DNA from: Candidatus Mayfieldus profundus
Lineage (GTDB): Bacteria > Actinomycetota > Thermoleophilia > Solirubrobacterales > 70-9
Length of the DNA stretch: 64,000 bases
Reading direction: 5' to 3'
Assembly: GCA_038040325.1 (NCBI GenBank)
Contig: JBBPIM010000004.1
Location: forward strand, 29,325-93,324
Part shown: positions 9,037 to 18,626 of the stretch, one piece after another
How positions within the stretch are numbered: position 1 is the first letter of the stretch
How the letters are laid out: every line of letters begins with the position of its first letter
Translations under genes and position numbers: made by a program
The notes under the pieces: model-generated
Databases searched by the model: none
Told to the model about the DNA's origin: nothing
What the model saw: only the letters and a program-made list of their open reading frames with translations

Positions 9037-9654
9037 GATCCGCAGGTCCAGCGGCGTCGTCACCTTGAGGTTCTCGGCCGGGGCCTCGTGCAACAGCACC
9101 CTGCCGCCGATCCGCTCCACCAGCATCGCGTCGTCGGTGGCCTGCGCGAGCAGCGCTGTCGAGGCCAGCGCCTCGCGCAGCTGCTCGGCGCGGAATGCCT
9201 GCGGGGTCTGCGCCGCCCAGAGGCTGGAGCGGTCCAGGGTGCGGTCCACCTCCATGCCACGCGCCACCTGCTTGATGGTGTCGGTGACCGGCGCCGCGGC
9301 GACCACCGCGCCGGCATCGGGGTCGTCGAGCAGGTCGGCCACGACCGCGTCGACCAGCTCCGCCGTGACCAGCGGGCGGGCGGCATCGTGGACGACCACC
9401 ACCTCCTCGCCGACCAGCTCCATCGCGGCCGCCACCGACTCCGAGCGGGTGCTGCCGCCGGCCACGACCTCCACCCCCTCGGCCTGAATCCGCTCCTGTT
9501 CGCCGGGCGGCGCGGCGATGATGATGGGGCCGACCGACGAGGCCGCCCGAAAGGCCTCCAGCGACCAGTCGAGCAGCGGCTTGCCCGCCAGCTCCACGAA
9601 GGCTTTCGGGCCGCCGGCTCCGAGCCTCTCGCCGGAGCCGGCGGCCGCGATCAC
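9013..9654 (-). CDS. ispD: 2-C-methyl-D-erythritol 4-phosphate cytidylyltransferase
   Basis: 'VIAAAGSGERLGAGGPKAFVELAGKPLL', 'VVVHDAARP' and 'VTDTIK' are IspD signatures. The track ORF (to 9990) runs through carD, so I place the start at GTG 9654 (213 aa). Confidence 0.85.
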   Translation of the reverse strand: MIAAAGSGERLGAGGPKAFVELAGKPLLDWSLEAFRAASSVGPIIIAAPPGEQERIQAEGVEVVAGGSTRSESVAAAMELVGEEVVVVHDAARPLVTAELVDAVVADLLDDPDAGAVVAAAPVTDTIKQVARGMEVDRTLDRSSLWAAQTPQAFRAEQLREALASTALLAQATDDAMLVERIGGRVLLHEAPAENLKVTTPLDLRIAELLLSQ

Positions 9655-9670
9655 TGCAGCGGCGTTGGAG

Positions 9671-10261
9671 CTAGGCGGTCGCCTCGGCGACGAAGCGCTC
9701 CTCCAGCAGCTCGTCCAGGTACCCCTCGGCGCCCTCCTCGTCCTTGTCGAGCGCGTACATGAACTCGGAGGCGAGGATCTTCTTGGCGCGGGTGTACATC
9801 TGCTTCTCGCCGGTCGAGAGGCCCTTCTCCATTTCACGGATGGCGAGGTTGCGAACCACCTCCGCGAGCTCGAAGACGTCTCCTGTCTTGATCTTCTCGC
9901 GGTTGTACTTGAAGCGCCGGTTCCAGTTCTTCGGCATCTCCGACACATCGTCGGTGAGGACGCCGGTGACCTTCTTGACCTCGTCCTCATCGATCACGCG
10001 TCGCAGTCCGGCCTTGCCGGCGTTCTCGCAGGGAACCATCACGGTCAGGGCGTTATGAAGGATCTGGATCGTCAGGTACTCGCGCTTTATCCCCATCAAA
10101 TCCTTCGTCTGCTTCTTCTGAACCAAGCCGGCCCCGTGGTGGGGGTAGACGACTTTGTCGCCCTCCTCGAAATCGCAGACGAATTCAATCTCGTCCTCGA
10201 GGCCGGCCTCGATCGCTTCCTCTAGCTCGGGAATCGGTTCCTCCTTGTCGGTGACGGTCAT
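9671..10261 (-). CDS. carD: CarD-family RNA polymerase-binding transcription regulator
   Basis: From the ATG at 10261 (196 aa): 'FEEGDKVVYPHHGAGLVQKKQTKDLMGIKREYLTI', '..NWNRRFKYNREKIKTGD' and 'EVVRNLAIRE', the canonical CarD_CdnL_TRCF domain. It carries an acidic N-terminal extension. Confidence 0.85.
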   Translation of the reverse strand: MTVTDKEEPIPELEEAIEAGLEDEIEFVCDFEEGDKVVYPHHGAGLVQKKQTKDLMGIKREYLTIQILHNALTVMVPCENAGKAGLRRVIDEDEVKKVTGVLTDDVSEMPKNWNRRFKYNREKIKTGDVFELAEVVRNLAIREMEKGLSTGEKQMYTRAKKILASEFMYALDKDEEGAEGYLDELLEERFVAEATA

Positions 10262-10271
10262 CGGCGCACCG

Positions 10272-11393
10272 TCAGCTCTGCAGATAACGGTCGACGAGGT
10301 CGACCTCTTGGAGTCGTCTCGAGCCCTCGCGGATGTCCTTGGCCCTTGTCTGGCCCACACCCTCGACGGCCTCGAGGTCGGCGTCGGAGGCCGCAAGGAC
10401 CTCCTCCAAACCACCGAACTCGTGGATGATCTTCTGGATTACAAGCCTTGGCAGGCGGGGGATCCGCCCAAGTACGCGGTAGCCGCGCGGCGCGACCGGG
10501 AAGTCGAGCGTGTTCATCTTTCGGTCGTAGCCGAGCATCTCGGCGAGGCGGCCGAAGTCGAGCACGTCCTGGTGGGGCAGGCGCGCCAGGGTGGAAAGCA
10601 CCGTGTCGAGGTTTCCCTCCGAGTCCTCGACGCTGTAGTCGCGCACCAGCGCGGACTTGTCGGCGGCGACGCCGTCCATCGTTTCCTCCAGCTGCATCTC
10701 GATCAGCCGCCCCTCGGTGCCGAGCTCGATGATGTAGCGCTCCACTTCGACCGCCATCCGGGTCACCAGCTCGGCGCGCTGCAACACCGCCAGCACGTCG
10801 TACAACACGCCACCGCCCTCGAACTCGAGGGCGGTGAGACGGGAGGAGACCTGGTCGAGGCGGGCCCGGTACTTGTCGAGGGTTGCGAGGCCCTGGTTGG
10901 CCTTGGCCAGCACCGCCGGGATGTCCTGGAGGATGTACTTGCTGCCCTCCGCGTAGAGCGAGACCACGTCGCGGCGCTGTGATATCGCGATCACCAGGGC
11001 GTCGGTCTGCTTGGAGACGCGCTCGGCGGTGCGGTGCCTGGTGCCGGTCTCTGTCGAGAGGATTGTCGGGTCCGGCATCAGCTGCACGTTGGCCCAGGCG
11101 ATCTTCGTCGCCTCGGGATTGAGCACGATCGCCCCGTCCATCTTCGCCACCTGGTAGAGCAGCCCCGGGGTGTAGTCGATGTCGAGCTTGATGCCACCCG
11201 AGAACAGGAACGAGATGTCCTCGGGCTCGCCGATCACGATCAAACCGCCGCTGCGCGAATGGACGATGTTGTCTATGCCCTCGCGGAGCGCACTGCCGGG
11301 CGCGACCATGTCGAGGGCCCGCAGTAGCCGGGGATCCTGCCTGTCAGAAAGCTCTTGAAGCTCATCCCCGGGCAAAGACGCCATGGAGGCCAT
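10272..11393 (-). CDS. disA: DNA integrity scanning protein DisA (diadenylate cyclase)
   Basis: DAC-domain motifs 'GGLIVIG', 'KMDGAIVL' and 'TGTRHRTAERVSKQTDALVIAISQRRDVVSLY', plus a C-terminal HhH region 'LEAVEGVGQTRAKDIREG'. Start at ATG 11393 or 11384. Confidence 0.88.
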   Translation of the reverse strand: MASMASLPGDELQELSDRQDPRLLRALDMVAPGSALREGIDNIVHSRSGGLIVIGEPEDISFLFSGGIKLDIDYTPGLLYQVAKMDGAIVLNPEATKIAWANVQLMPDPTILSTETGTRHRTAERVSKQTDALVIAISQRRDVVSLYAEGSKYILQDIPAVLAKANQGLATLDKYRARLDQVSSRLTALEFEGGGVLYDVLAVLQRAELVTRMAVEVERYIIELGTEGRLIEMQLEETMDGVAADKSALVRDYSVEDSEGNLDTVLSTLARLPHQDVLDFGRLAEMLGYDRKMNTLDFPVAPRGYRVLGRIPRLPRLVIQKIIHEFGGLEEVLAASDADLEAVEGVGQTRAKDIREGSRRLQEVDLVDRYLQS

Positions 11394-11477
11394 GGTGGCA
11401 AAGAGCCTGCATCGGTGCGGTGCGCCCAATTCCGTGTGGAAAGCTCGGAATGGGCCTTGTCAAGCCGGTCGGCGCAC

Positions 11478-12680
11478 CTACCCAGTTTTGAACCGGGCCG
11501 CCTCCTCGGATCCGCCGGTGGCGTCGCCGACGCTGTAGGAGTGGGCCCCGGTGCCGGCCAGCTTGCCCCCCTCGACGATCAGGTACTCGTCGCGGATCGG
11601 GCGCTCGTCGTAGAAGCACTCGAGGATCTCGCGTGTGCCCGCCGCGTAGCGGGCCTGGGCCGAGAGGCTCGTTCCCGACACGTGCGGGGTCATGCCGTGG
11701 TTGGGCATCGTGCGCCAGGGATGGTCCCGGGGGGCGGGCTGGGGAAACCAGACATCGCCGGCATAGCCGGCGAGCTGGCCCGACTCCAGCGCCCGCACGA
11801 TCGCGTCGCGGTCGCAGATCTTGCCGCGGGCGGTGTTGACAAGGTAGGCGCCGCGCTTCATGCGGCCGATCATCTCCTCGTCGAAGAGGTGCTCTGTCTC
11901 GGGGTGAAGCGGCGCGTTGATGGTCACCACGTCGCAGACCTCGACCATCGACTGGGGCGAGTCGTGGAAGGTGACCCCCAGCTCCTCCTCGACCTCGGCG
12001 GGGAGGCGATGGCGGTCGGTGTAGTGCAGCCCGACGTCGAACGGCTTCAGCCGCCGCAGCACCGCCGAGCCGATCCGGCCTGCCGCCACCGTGCCGACCT
12101 GCATCCCCTCCACGTCGTAGGACCGCGACACGCAGTCGGCGATGTTCCAGCCGCCGTCGACCACCGTCTGGTAGCTGGGGATGTAGTTGCGCACCAGCGC
12201 CAGGATCATCATCACCACGTGCTCGGAGACGCTGATGCTGTTGCAGTAGGTCACCTCGGCGACGGTGATGCCGCCCTCGATCGCCGCCTGCAGGTCGACA
12301 TGGTCGGAGCCGATGCCGGCGGTGATCGCCAGCTTCAACTCCGGAGCCTTGGCGATCCGCTCCGCGGTCAGGTAGGCGGGCCAAAAGGGCTGGGAGATCA
12401 CCACCTCGGCCTCGGGCAGCTCGCGCTCGAACTCGGAGTCGCGCCCGTCCTTGTCGGCGGTGACCACCAGGCGGTGGCCGCGGTCCTCCAGGAAGCTGCG
12501 CAGGCCAAGCTCGCCGGAGACGCTGCCCAGCAGCTCGCCCGGCTCGAAGTCGATGCCCTGCGGGGTCGGCGTCGTCTGCCCGTCGGGATAGCGCTCGATC
12601 TCGGGGATCCCGTCGCGCGGGTATGTGGGGGGATACCCGTCGGCGGGGTCGTCGTAGAGCACGCAGAGGATGGTCGCCAT
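11478..12680 (-). CDS. fdh: NAD+-dependent formate dehydrogenase
   Basis: From the ATG at 12680 (400 aa): 'MATILCVLYDDP..GYP', 'VISQPFWPAYLT', 'AITAGIGSDHVDL', 'GTVAAGRIGSAVLRRL', 'INAPLHPETEHLF', 'NTARGKICD' and 'GDVWFPQPAP..HPWR', the classic Pseudomonas sp. 101-type FDH pattern. Confidence 0.9.
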   Translation of the reverse strand: MATILCVLYDDPADGYPPTYPRDGIPEIERYPDGQTTPTPQGIDFEPGELLGSVSGELGLRSFLEDRGHRLVVTADKDGRDSEFERELPEAEVVISQPFWPAYLTAERIAKAPELKLAITAGIGSDHVDLQAAIEGGITVAEVTYCNSISVSEHVVMMILALVRNYIPSYQTVVDGGWNIADCVSRSYDVEGMQVGTVAAGRIGSAVLRRLKPFDVGLHYTDRHRLPAEVEEELGVTFHDSPQSMVEVCDVVTINAPLHPETEHLFDEEMIGRMKRGAYLVNTARGKICDRDAIVRALESGQLAGYAGDVWFPQPAPRDHPWRTMPNHGMTPHVSGTSLSAQARYAAGTREILECFYDERPIRDEYLIVEGGKLAGTGAHSYSVGDATGGSEEAARFKTG

Positions 12681-12717
12681 GTGGGGCCTCCGTGACGGTT
12701 GCTTGGCGACCCTGATC

Positions 12718-14184
12718 CTAAGCGGCTTCTCTGAGGGGGTCGGCCGCGCTCGCCTCGCGCGGCGGCAGCGCCGCCCCCAGCGCTGACCGCAGGGTGGAGT
12801 GCGCCGCAAGCCCCTCGATGCTCTCCCCCCCGGCCGGCCCCAGCACCGGGCCGAGACCGAACTTGCGGGCCTCGGCGACGCGGCGGTCGGGGTGGCCGAC
12901 GTAGCGCAGCTCGCCGGTCAGCCCCAGCTCCCCGAAGCAGGCGAGCGGAGCCCCGGACCCAGCCGCCCCCGGACGAATCCGAGCAGAGCTCGGATCACCG
13001 GTCGCTGTCGCTCCCTGGGAGGAGGCGGGCGGCGGTGTTGTGAGTGGTTCGCGGCGGTGCGCCGACGCGACAGCCATCGCCACCGCCAGGTCGGCGCCGG
13101 GCTCGTCGACCCGCACCCCGCCCGCCACGTTGACGAACACGTCCGCCCCGGACAGCCCCAGCCGCGCGTGGCGCGAGAGCACCGCCAGCACCAGGCTGAG
13201 GCGGTTGCGGTCGATCCCGTTGGCGACCCGCCGCGGCGCCTCCAGCTCGGAAGCGGCGACCAGCGCCTGCACCTCGACCAGCACCGGGCGGCTGCCCTCC
13301 ATCGCCGGCAGCACCACCGAGCCCGCCTCGCGGGTCGCCTCCTCGACGAAGCGCGCGGAGGGGTCGGCGACCTCGGTCAGCCCGCCGGAGCGCATCTCGA
13401 ACACGCCGACCTCGCTGGTCGCCCCGAAGCGGTTCTTCAGCGCCCGCAGGGTGCGGTAGGTGCGCTCGCGCTCGCCCTCGAACTGCAGCACGCAGTCGAC
13501 CAGGTGCTCGAGGACCCGCGGCCCGGCGAGGCTGCCGTCCTTGGTGACGTGGCCGACCAGGATCAGCGCGATGTCGCGTCGCTTCGCGACCTCGGCCAGC
13601 GCCGTGGCCGCCTCGCGCACCTGGCCGACCGAGCCCGGCGCGCCGGTCATGTCTCCGCAATGGAGTGTCTGGATCGAGTCGATCACGCAGGCCTGGGGGC
13701 GCTCGGCCTCCAGCGCCGCCAGCACCGGCTCCAGCGAGGTCTCGGCCAGGGCCGGAACCGACAGCGCCGCCTCTCCCAACCGCTCGGCGCGCAGCTTCAC
13801 CTGTGCCGCCGACTCCTCGCCCGACACATAGAGGACGCTGCTGCCGGCCGCGACGAGGTTGGCCAGCGCCATCCCGGTCAGAGTGCTCTTGCCGATCCCC
13901 GGCGAGCCGCCGAGCAGGACCAGCGAGCCGGGGACAAGGCCTCCGCCCAGCACCCGGTCGAGCTCGCCGATGCCGGTCGCCAGCCGCGCCTGGGCGGGCG
14001 CCTCCACGTCACGCAGCGGCGTCGGCTGCGGGGCCGCGCCCCCCGGCCGGCGCTTCGAGCCGCCCGAGCTCTGGCGCGCCTCGACCAGAGAGTTCCACTC
14101 TCCGCAGCCAGGGCACTTCCCGGTCCAGGTCAGAGAGACCTGGCCGCACTGCTGGCAGATGAAGCGGGCTTCCGAGCGGGCCAC
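12718..14184 (-). CDS. radA: DNA repair protein RadA (Sms)
   Basis: From GTG 14184: Zn-ribbon 'FICQQCGQVSLTWTGKCPGCGEWNS', Walker A 'GGSPGIGKST', 'KNRFG', and a Lon-like C-terminal domain. The track ORF (to 15969) is over-extended. There is a Pro/Ser/Gly-rich insertion near the C-terminus. Confidence 0.9.
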   Translation of the reverse strand: MARSEARFICQQCGQVSLTWTGKCPGCGEWNSLVEARQSSGGSKRRPGGAAPQPTPLRDVEAPAQARLATGIGELDRVLGGGLVPGSLVLLGGSPGIGKSTLTGMALANLVAAGSSVLYVSGEESAAQVKLRAERLGEAALSVPALAETSLEPVLAALEAERPQACVIDSIQTLHCGDMTGAPGSVGQVREAATALAEVAKRRDIALILVGHVTKDGSLAGPRVLEHLVDCVLQFEGERERTYRTLRALKNRFGATSEVGVFEMRSGGLTEVADPSARFVEEATREAGSVVLPAMEGSRPVLVEVQALVAASELEAPRRVANGIDRNRLSLVLAVLSRHARLGLSGADVFVNVAGGVRVDEPGADLAVAMAVASAHRREPLTTPPPASSQGATATGDPSSARIRPGAAGSGAPLACFGELGLTGELRYVGHPDRRVAEARKFGLGPVLGPAGGESIEGLAAHSTLRSALGAALPPREASAADPLREAA

Positions 14185-14274
14185 CCGCTGAATGTAAGGA
14201 GCGGCCCCGACGCCACTCGTCCCCCACCGCACCGAATCGCCGCCGGCCGTGCCGTGTTTCGTAGGATCACGGTG

Positions 14275-16647
14275 ATGACCTCGGTCGCCAGGAGGGCTGC
14301 CGCGCCCGTGTCCACGCTCGCAGTCGCGGCAGTCGCTCTGCTTCTCCCCGGTCCCGCGCGCGCGGACTCCGTGTCCAGCGTGCTCGGCATTCCCTGCACC
14401 ACGCAGGCCGACGGGGTGCAGGCCTGCATCGGCGATACCGGGCACCGGGTCAAGACCTGGGACGGCGTGCCGCTCGACGTCAACATCTGGCTGCCGCCCG
14501 CCAACCAGCAGGGGCCGTTCCCGCTGGTCGTCTACCACCACGGCTACGGCTTCAGCAAGGACTTCGCCTCCCCCAACCTCTCGCTCGCTCAGCGGGGATA
14601 CGCCGTGATGGCCTACACCGCGCGCGGCTTCGGCAACTCCTGCGGCGCGATCGCGTCCAGGCTCGCCGACCCGCAGGGGTGCGCGCAGGGATGGATCCAC
14701 CTCGACGACGTCCGCTTCGAGGCGCGTGACACCCAGCACCTCGCCGGCCTGCTCGCCGACCTGGGACTGGTGCGGCCGCGCAGGATCGGAGTCACCGGCA
14801 CGTCCTACGGCGGCGGCGTCTCGTTCCTGCTCGCGGCGCTGCGCCAACGCATGGTGCTGCCCGGCGGCCGCATCGTCCGCTGGCGCAGCCCGCAGGGCCG
14901 CAAGATGCGGATCGCCGCCGCGGCGCCGCTGTGGGGCTGGTCCGACCTCTCCTATGCGCTGATGCCCAACGGCCACACGCTCGACTACCTGGTCAAGAAC
15001 CCCTACGGGCCCAGGATCGGCGTCGCCAAGGAGTCCTACATGGGCCTGCTCTACACGCTCGGGGTGACAACCGGGTTCTACGCGCCGCCCGGCGCCGACC
15101 AGAACGCCGACATCACCAACTGGTTTGCGCGCCTCCAGCAGGGCGAGCCCTACGAGGACGCCAACGCCCACAACATCCTCTTTCAGATCCAGCGCTTCCA
15201 CTCCGCCTACTACCTGCAGGACGGGATCCGCAAGAAGCGGCGCCGCCGGCCCGCCCCGATCCTCGCCTACAACTCCTGGATCGACGACCTCTTCCCGGGC
15301 GACGAGCTGCTGCGCTACCGCAACTACGTGCTCGCCGCCTGGCCCGACGCCGAGTTCTCGCTGCTGCTCGCCGCCGGCGCGGGACATCCCCGCGCCACCA
15401 TCTTCGGCGAGACGCCGGGCCTCGAGGTGCAGCTGCAGAAGTTCTTCGACCGCCACCTGCGGGGCGCCAGGGGCAAGCCGCTCGGCGTCCAGACCTACAC
15501 GCAGCCGTGCGGGGGCCAGCCGCTTCGCGGCCCCTACACCACGCGCACCTGGGCCAAGCAGCATCCCGGCGAGGTGAGGCTGGTCTCGCCGGCGCCGCAT
15601 TCGTTCTCCGGCGGCGGCGGCGACCCCGCGATCGCCGGCGCGCTTGACCCGCTCAGCGCCGCCAGCCAGAACGGCTGCGTGACCACCGGCGGCGCCGAGG
15701 AGGCCAACAGCGCCACCTACGGGGTGGCGCCGGCGGGGGGCGGCGTCTACACGGAGGGCAGCGGCTACACGCTGATCGGCTCCCCGACCGTGATCGCCCG
15801 CGTCTTCACCACCGATCTCCAGGCGCAGGTCGTGGCGCGCCTCTGGGACCTCGGTCCCGACGGAAACCAGGTCTTCGTCACCCGCGGGGTTCTGCGACCA
15901 GACCTGGGCCGCGATGGCCGCCAGCCCTTCCAGCTCAATCCCAACGGCTGGTTCTTCGCCCCGGGACACGTCGCCAAGCTTGAGCTGCTGGGCCGCGACA
16001 GCCCCTACGCTCGCGCCTCCAACGGGAGCTTCGGCGTCAGCGTCTCCGACCTCGAGCTGCGGCTGCCGGTGCGAGAGAGGCCCAACGGCGGCCAGATCCT
16101 CGACCCGGCGGCGCCGGTGCGCCGCGACGGCCTCGCCTTCGGCCCCTGCACCAACCCGCGCACCGGCACCGACGCCGGCGAGCGCATCGTCGGAACCAAC
16201 GCCGGCGACCTTCAGTTCGGGTTGGGCGGCGAGGACACGCTGCTGGGGCGCCGCGGCATCGACTGCCAGCAGGGCGGCCCCGGCGGCGACCTGCTGCGCG
16301 GCGGGCCCAAGCTCGACGTGCTGCTGGGTGGCGGCGACAACGACACGATCGGCGGCGGCCAGGGGCCCGACGCGATGGCCGGCCTCGGCGGTCGCGACAC
16401 GATTCGTGGCGGCGCCGGAGCCGACCGCATCTTCTCCCGCGACGGCCGCCGCGACATCGTGCGCTGCGGAAAGGGCCGCGACGCGGTGGCGGTCGACGGG
16501 CTCGACGCCGTGTACGGGTGCGAGGCGGTGAGCTTCGTCCGCGCAACCGACCCGGCTCAGCGCTCGTCCGGTGGCGGCGAGCTCGGGCGCTTCTTCGGGC
16601 GCCGCTACGCGGCGCCGCTGGCCCAGATCGCGCTCTGGTCGCGCTAG
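14275..16647 (+). CDS. secreted CocE/NonD (S15 X-Pro dipeptidyl-peptidase-like) alpha/beta hydrolase with C-terminal RTX-like Ca-binding repeats
   Basis: From the ATG at 14275: signal peptide 'MTSVARRAAAPVSTLAVAAVALLLPGPARA', nucleophile elbow 'GVTGTSYGGG', and beta-sandwich region 'RLWDLGPDGNQVFVTRGVLRP'. Eight GGxGxDxxx nonapeptides lie at about 16189-16440. The 5' part of track ORF 12799..16647 is antisense to radA. Confidence 0.7.
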   Translation: MTSVARRAAAPVSTLAVAAVALLLPGPARADSVSSVLGIPCTTQADGVQACIGDTGHRVKTWDGVPLDVNIWLPPANQQGPFPLVVYHHGYGFSKDFASPNLSLAQRGYAVMAYTARGFGNSCGAIASRLADPQGCAQGWIHLDDVRFEARDTQHLAGLLADLGLVRPRRIGVTGTSYGGGVSFLLAALRQRMVLPGGRIVRWRSPQGRKMRIAAAAPLWGWSDLSYALMPNGHTLDYLVKNPYGPRIGVAKESYMGLLYTLGVTTGFYAPPGADQNADITNWFARLQQGEPYEDANAHNILFQIQRFHSAYYLQDGIRKKRRRRPAPILAYNSWIDDLFPGDELLRYRNYVLAAWPDAEFSLLLAAGAGHPRATIFGETPGLEVQLQKFFDRHLRGARGKPLGVQTYTQPCGGQPLRGPYTTRTWAKQHPGEVRLVSPAPHSFSGGGGDPAIAGALDPLSAASQNGCVTTGGAEEANSATYGVAPAGGGVYTEGSGYTLIGSPTVIARVFTTDLQAQVVARLWDLGPDGNQVFVTRGVLRPDLGRDGRQPFQLNPNGWFFAPGHVAKLELLGRDSPYARASNGSFGVSVSDLELRLPVRERPNGGQILDPAAPVRRDGLAFGPCTNPRTGTDAGERIVGTNAGDLQFGLGGEDTLLGRRGIDCQQGGPGGDLLRGGPKLDVLLGGGDNDTIGGGQGPDAMAGLGGRDTIRGGAGADRIFSRDGRRDIVRCGKGRDAVAVDGLDAVYGCEAVSFVRATDPAQRSSGGGELGRFFGRRYAAPLAQIALWSR

Positions 16648-16697
16648 CCGGCGAAACCGGCGCCGGGCAACCGCCCCTTCGCTACTGTCCCGGCGGG

Positions 16698-18626
16698 GTG
16701 TTGCGGAAAGCGATCTTCCTGGCCGGTGCGATCGCGGCGCTGCTGGCGTGGCCTGCGAGCGCTGCCGCCTGGGATCCCATCACCGAGGCGAAGAACTTCT
16801 CGAAGATCAACGAGCGCGAGATCTACGTCACCGGCCAGCCCGGATTCCAGCAGCTGCTGGTGCAACGCAATCTGGAGAACCAGGCCGAGTTCGTGCAGCT
16901 GCTGATCAACGACCCGGAGCGCAACCCGATCCCCAACATCTGCGCCAACCGCGGCAACGAGTGCGCGGGGGACGTCCGCTTCTACGACTTCGGCTCGGGC
17001 GGCTTCGGGATCAAGCAGCCGGTGCTTTTCACGGGACGCAGCGGCGCGACCCTGTCGGGCACCATATGGGCGACCAGCGCCGGCCCGCAGCAGCGTCCCG
17101 GGGTCGTGATCACGACCGGCTCGGTGCAGGCTCCCGAGACGCTCTACTGGGGCCTGGCGGCGACGCTTGCCAAGGCCGGCTACGTGGTGCTCACCTACGA
17201 CGTGCAGGGGCAGGGCCGCTCCGACACCTTCGGCGCGGATCCCGACGAGCAGGAGAGCGTGCCGGCCCAGGACGGCCAGCCCTTCTGGGACAGCACCGAG
17301 GACGCGCTCGACTTCCTGCTCTCGAACCCGAACAGCGTCTACGCGCCGCGGCCGAGCTGCAGCAGCGGCACCAGCCACGCCGCCAAGCAGGAACGCCGCG
17401 TCAACGAGGGATTCAACACCCGCTTCAACCCGCTGCACGGCGTGGTCGACCCGAGCCGGGTCGGGGTCGCCGGCCACTCGTTCGGCGCGGCCGGGATCTC
17501 GTACGTCGGCCAGAAGGATCCCCGCGTCGACGCGCTGGTCGCCTGGGACAACCTGAACGGGACCGGGACGACAGCCGAGACCTGCCCGTCGGCGCCGGCG
17601 ACGCGGACGCCGACGCCGCTGGCCAAGCCCGCCCTCGGCATGTCGGCCGACTACTTCCTCGTCCCGGAGCCCTACCCGGGGCCCACCGATCCTGCGCCGG
17701 ACACCAAGAACACCGGCTTCAACGCATACGACACGGCCAACGTCGATTCGATGCAGGTCAACATCCGCGGCGGCACCCACTACGAGTTCTCGTTCCTGCC
17801 CGGCAACACCTTCCCCTATCCGTTCGGGACCGCGACCTTCCGCGGCATCGACATGGTCGGCTGGTACACGATGGCCTGGCTCGACAAGTACGTGAACGGG
17901 GCGGACCCCACAGCGGACGCCCGGCTACTGACCGACCGCTGGTGCGACGACGCTCTCGAGGCGGCAGTGGATCCCGACGGCGACGGCAACATGTACAGCT
18001 TCTATTTCGATTCGCCGACCGAGTTCGACGGCAACTCGATCGCCGACCTGCGCGCCGAGTGCACCGCGCCCGGCTCCCAGCTCGCTCCCGACGGCGGTCC
18101 TGCCAACTTCAACCTCGTCGACTTCGCCCACACCCCCGACAGCCCCGGGCCGGGCATGGTGGACCCCAACGCGTTCGGGCAGGCTTCGCGGACACCCTGC
18201 GCAGGTGCGAAGACCAAGAAGGGCACCCGCCGCGACGACCGCCTCAAGGGGGGCAACAGCTCGAACCGGCTGCGCGGCCGGCGCGGCAACGACCGCCTGC
18301 GCGGGCGCGGCGGCAACGACTGCCTGTACGGCGGGAAGGGCGGCGACCGTGGCAGGGGAGGCGTCGGCAACGACTACGTCAACGGCCAGCGCGGTCCTGA
18401 CAACCTCCGTGGCGGCCGTGACCGCGACGTGGTGACGGGCATGGGCGGCCGCGACCGGATGCGGGGCGGCGCCGGCAACGACCTGATCTCCGGCGGCGCC
18501 GGCACCGACCACATCAACTCCCGCGACGGCGAACTCGACGTGGTCGACTGCGGAAGCGCCGAGGACCTCGCCGTGGTGGATGCCGCCGACCAGGTCAGCG
18601 GCTGCGAGACGGTAAGCGCTCGCTGA
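16698..18626 (+). CDS. secreted alpha/beta hydrolase (lipase/esterase-like) with C-terminal RTX-like Ca-binding repeats
   Basis: Start chosen at GTG 16698: signal peptide 'VLRKAIFLAGAIAALLAWPASAAA', 'VLTYDVQGQGRSD', nucleophile elbow 'VAGHSFGAAG', and GGxGxDxxx-type repeats at about 18229-18530. It shares an 'SRDG..D.V.CG...D.A.VD..D.V.GCE.VS' tail with the upstream gene. Confidence 0.65.
   Translation: MLRKAIFLAGAIAALLAWPASAAAWDPITEAKNFSKINEREIYVTGQPGFQQLLVQRNLENQAEFVQLLINDPERNPIPNICANRGNECAGDVRFYDFGSGGFGIKQPVLFTGRSGATLSGTIWATSAGPQQRPGVVITTGSVQAPETLYWGLAATLAKAGYVVLTYDVQGQGRSDTFGADPDEQESVPAQDGQPFWDSTEDALDFLLSNPNSVYAPRPSCSSGTSHAAKQERRVNEGFNTRFNPLHGVVDPSRVGVAGHSFGAAGISYVGQKDPRVDALVAWDNLNGTGTTAETCPSAPATRTPTPLAKPALGMSADYFLVPEPYPGPTDPAPDTKNTGFNAYDTANVDSMQVNIRGGTHYEFSFLPGNTFPYPFGTATFRGIDMVGWYTMAWLDKYVNGADPTADARLLTDRWCDDALEAAVDPDGDGNMYSFYFDSPTEFDGNSIADLRAECTAPGSQLAPDGGPANFNLVDFAHTPDSPGPGMVDPNAFGQASRTPCAGAKTKKGTRRDDRLKGGNSSNRLRGRRGNDRLRGRGGNDCLYGGKGGDRGRGGVGNDYVNGQRGPDNLRGGRDRDVVTGMGGRDRMRGGAGNDLISGGAGTDHINSRDGELDVVDCGSAEDLAVVDAADQVSGCETVSAR

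Noticed and set aside
12799-14274. N-terminal 492 codons of the 1282-aa track ORF 12799..16647
   Set aside because: This part is antisense to radA and looks non-protein-like. A signal peptide and ATG at 14275 give a sensible start for the real hydrolase gene.
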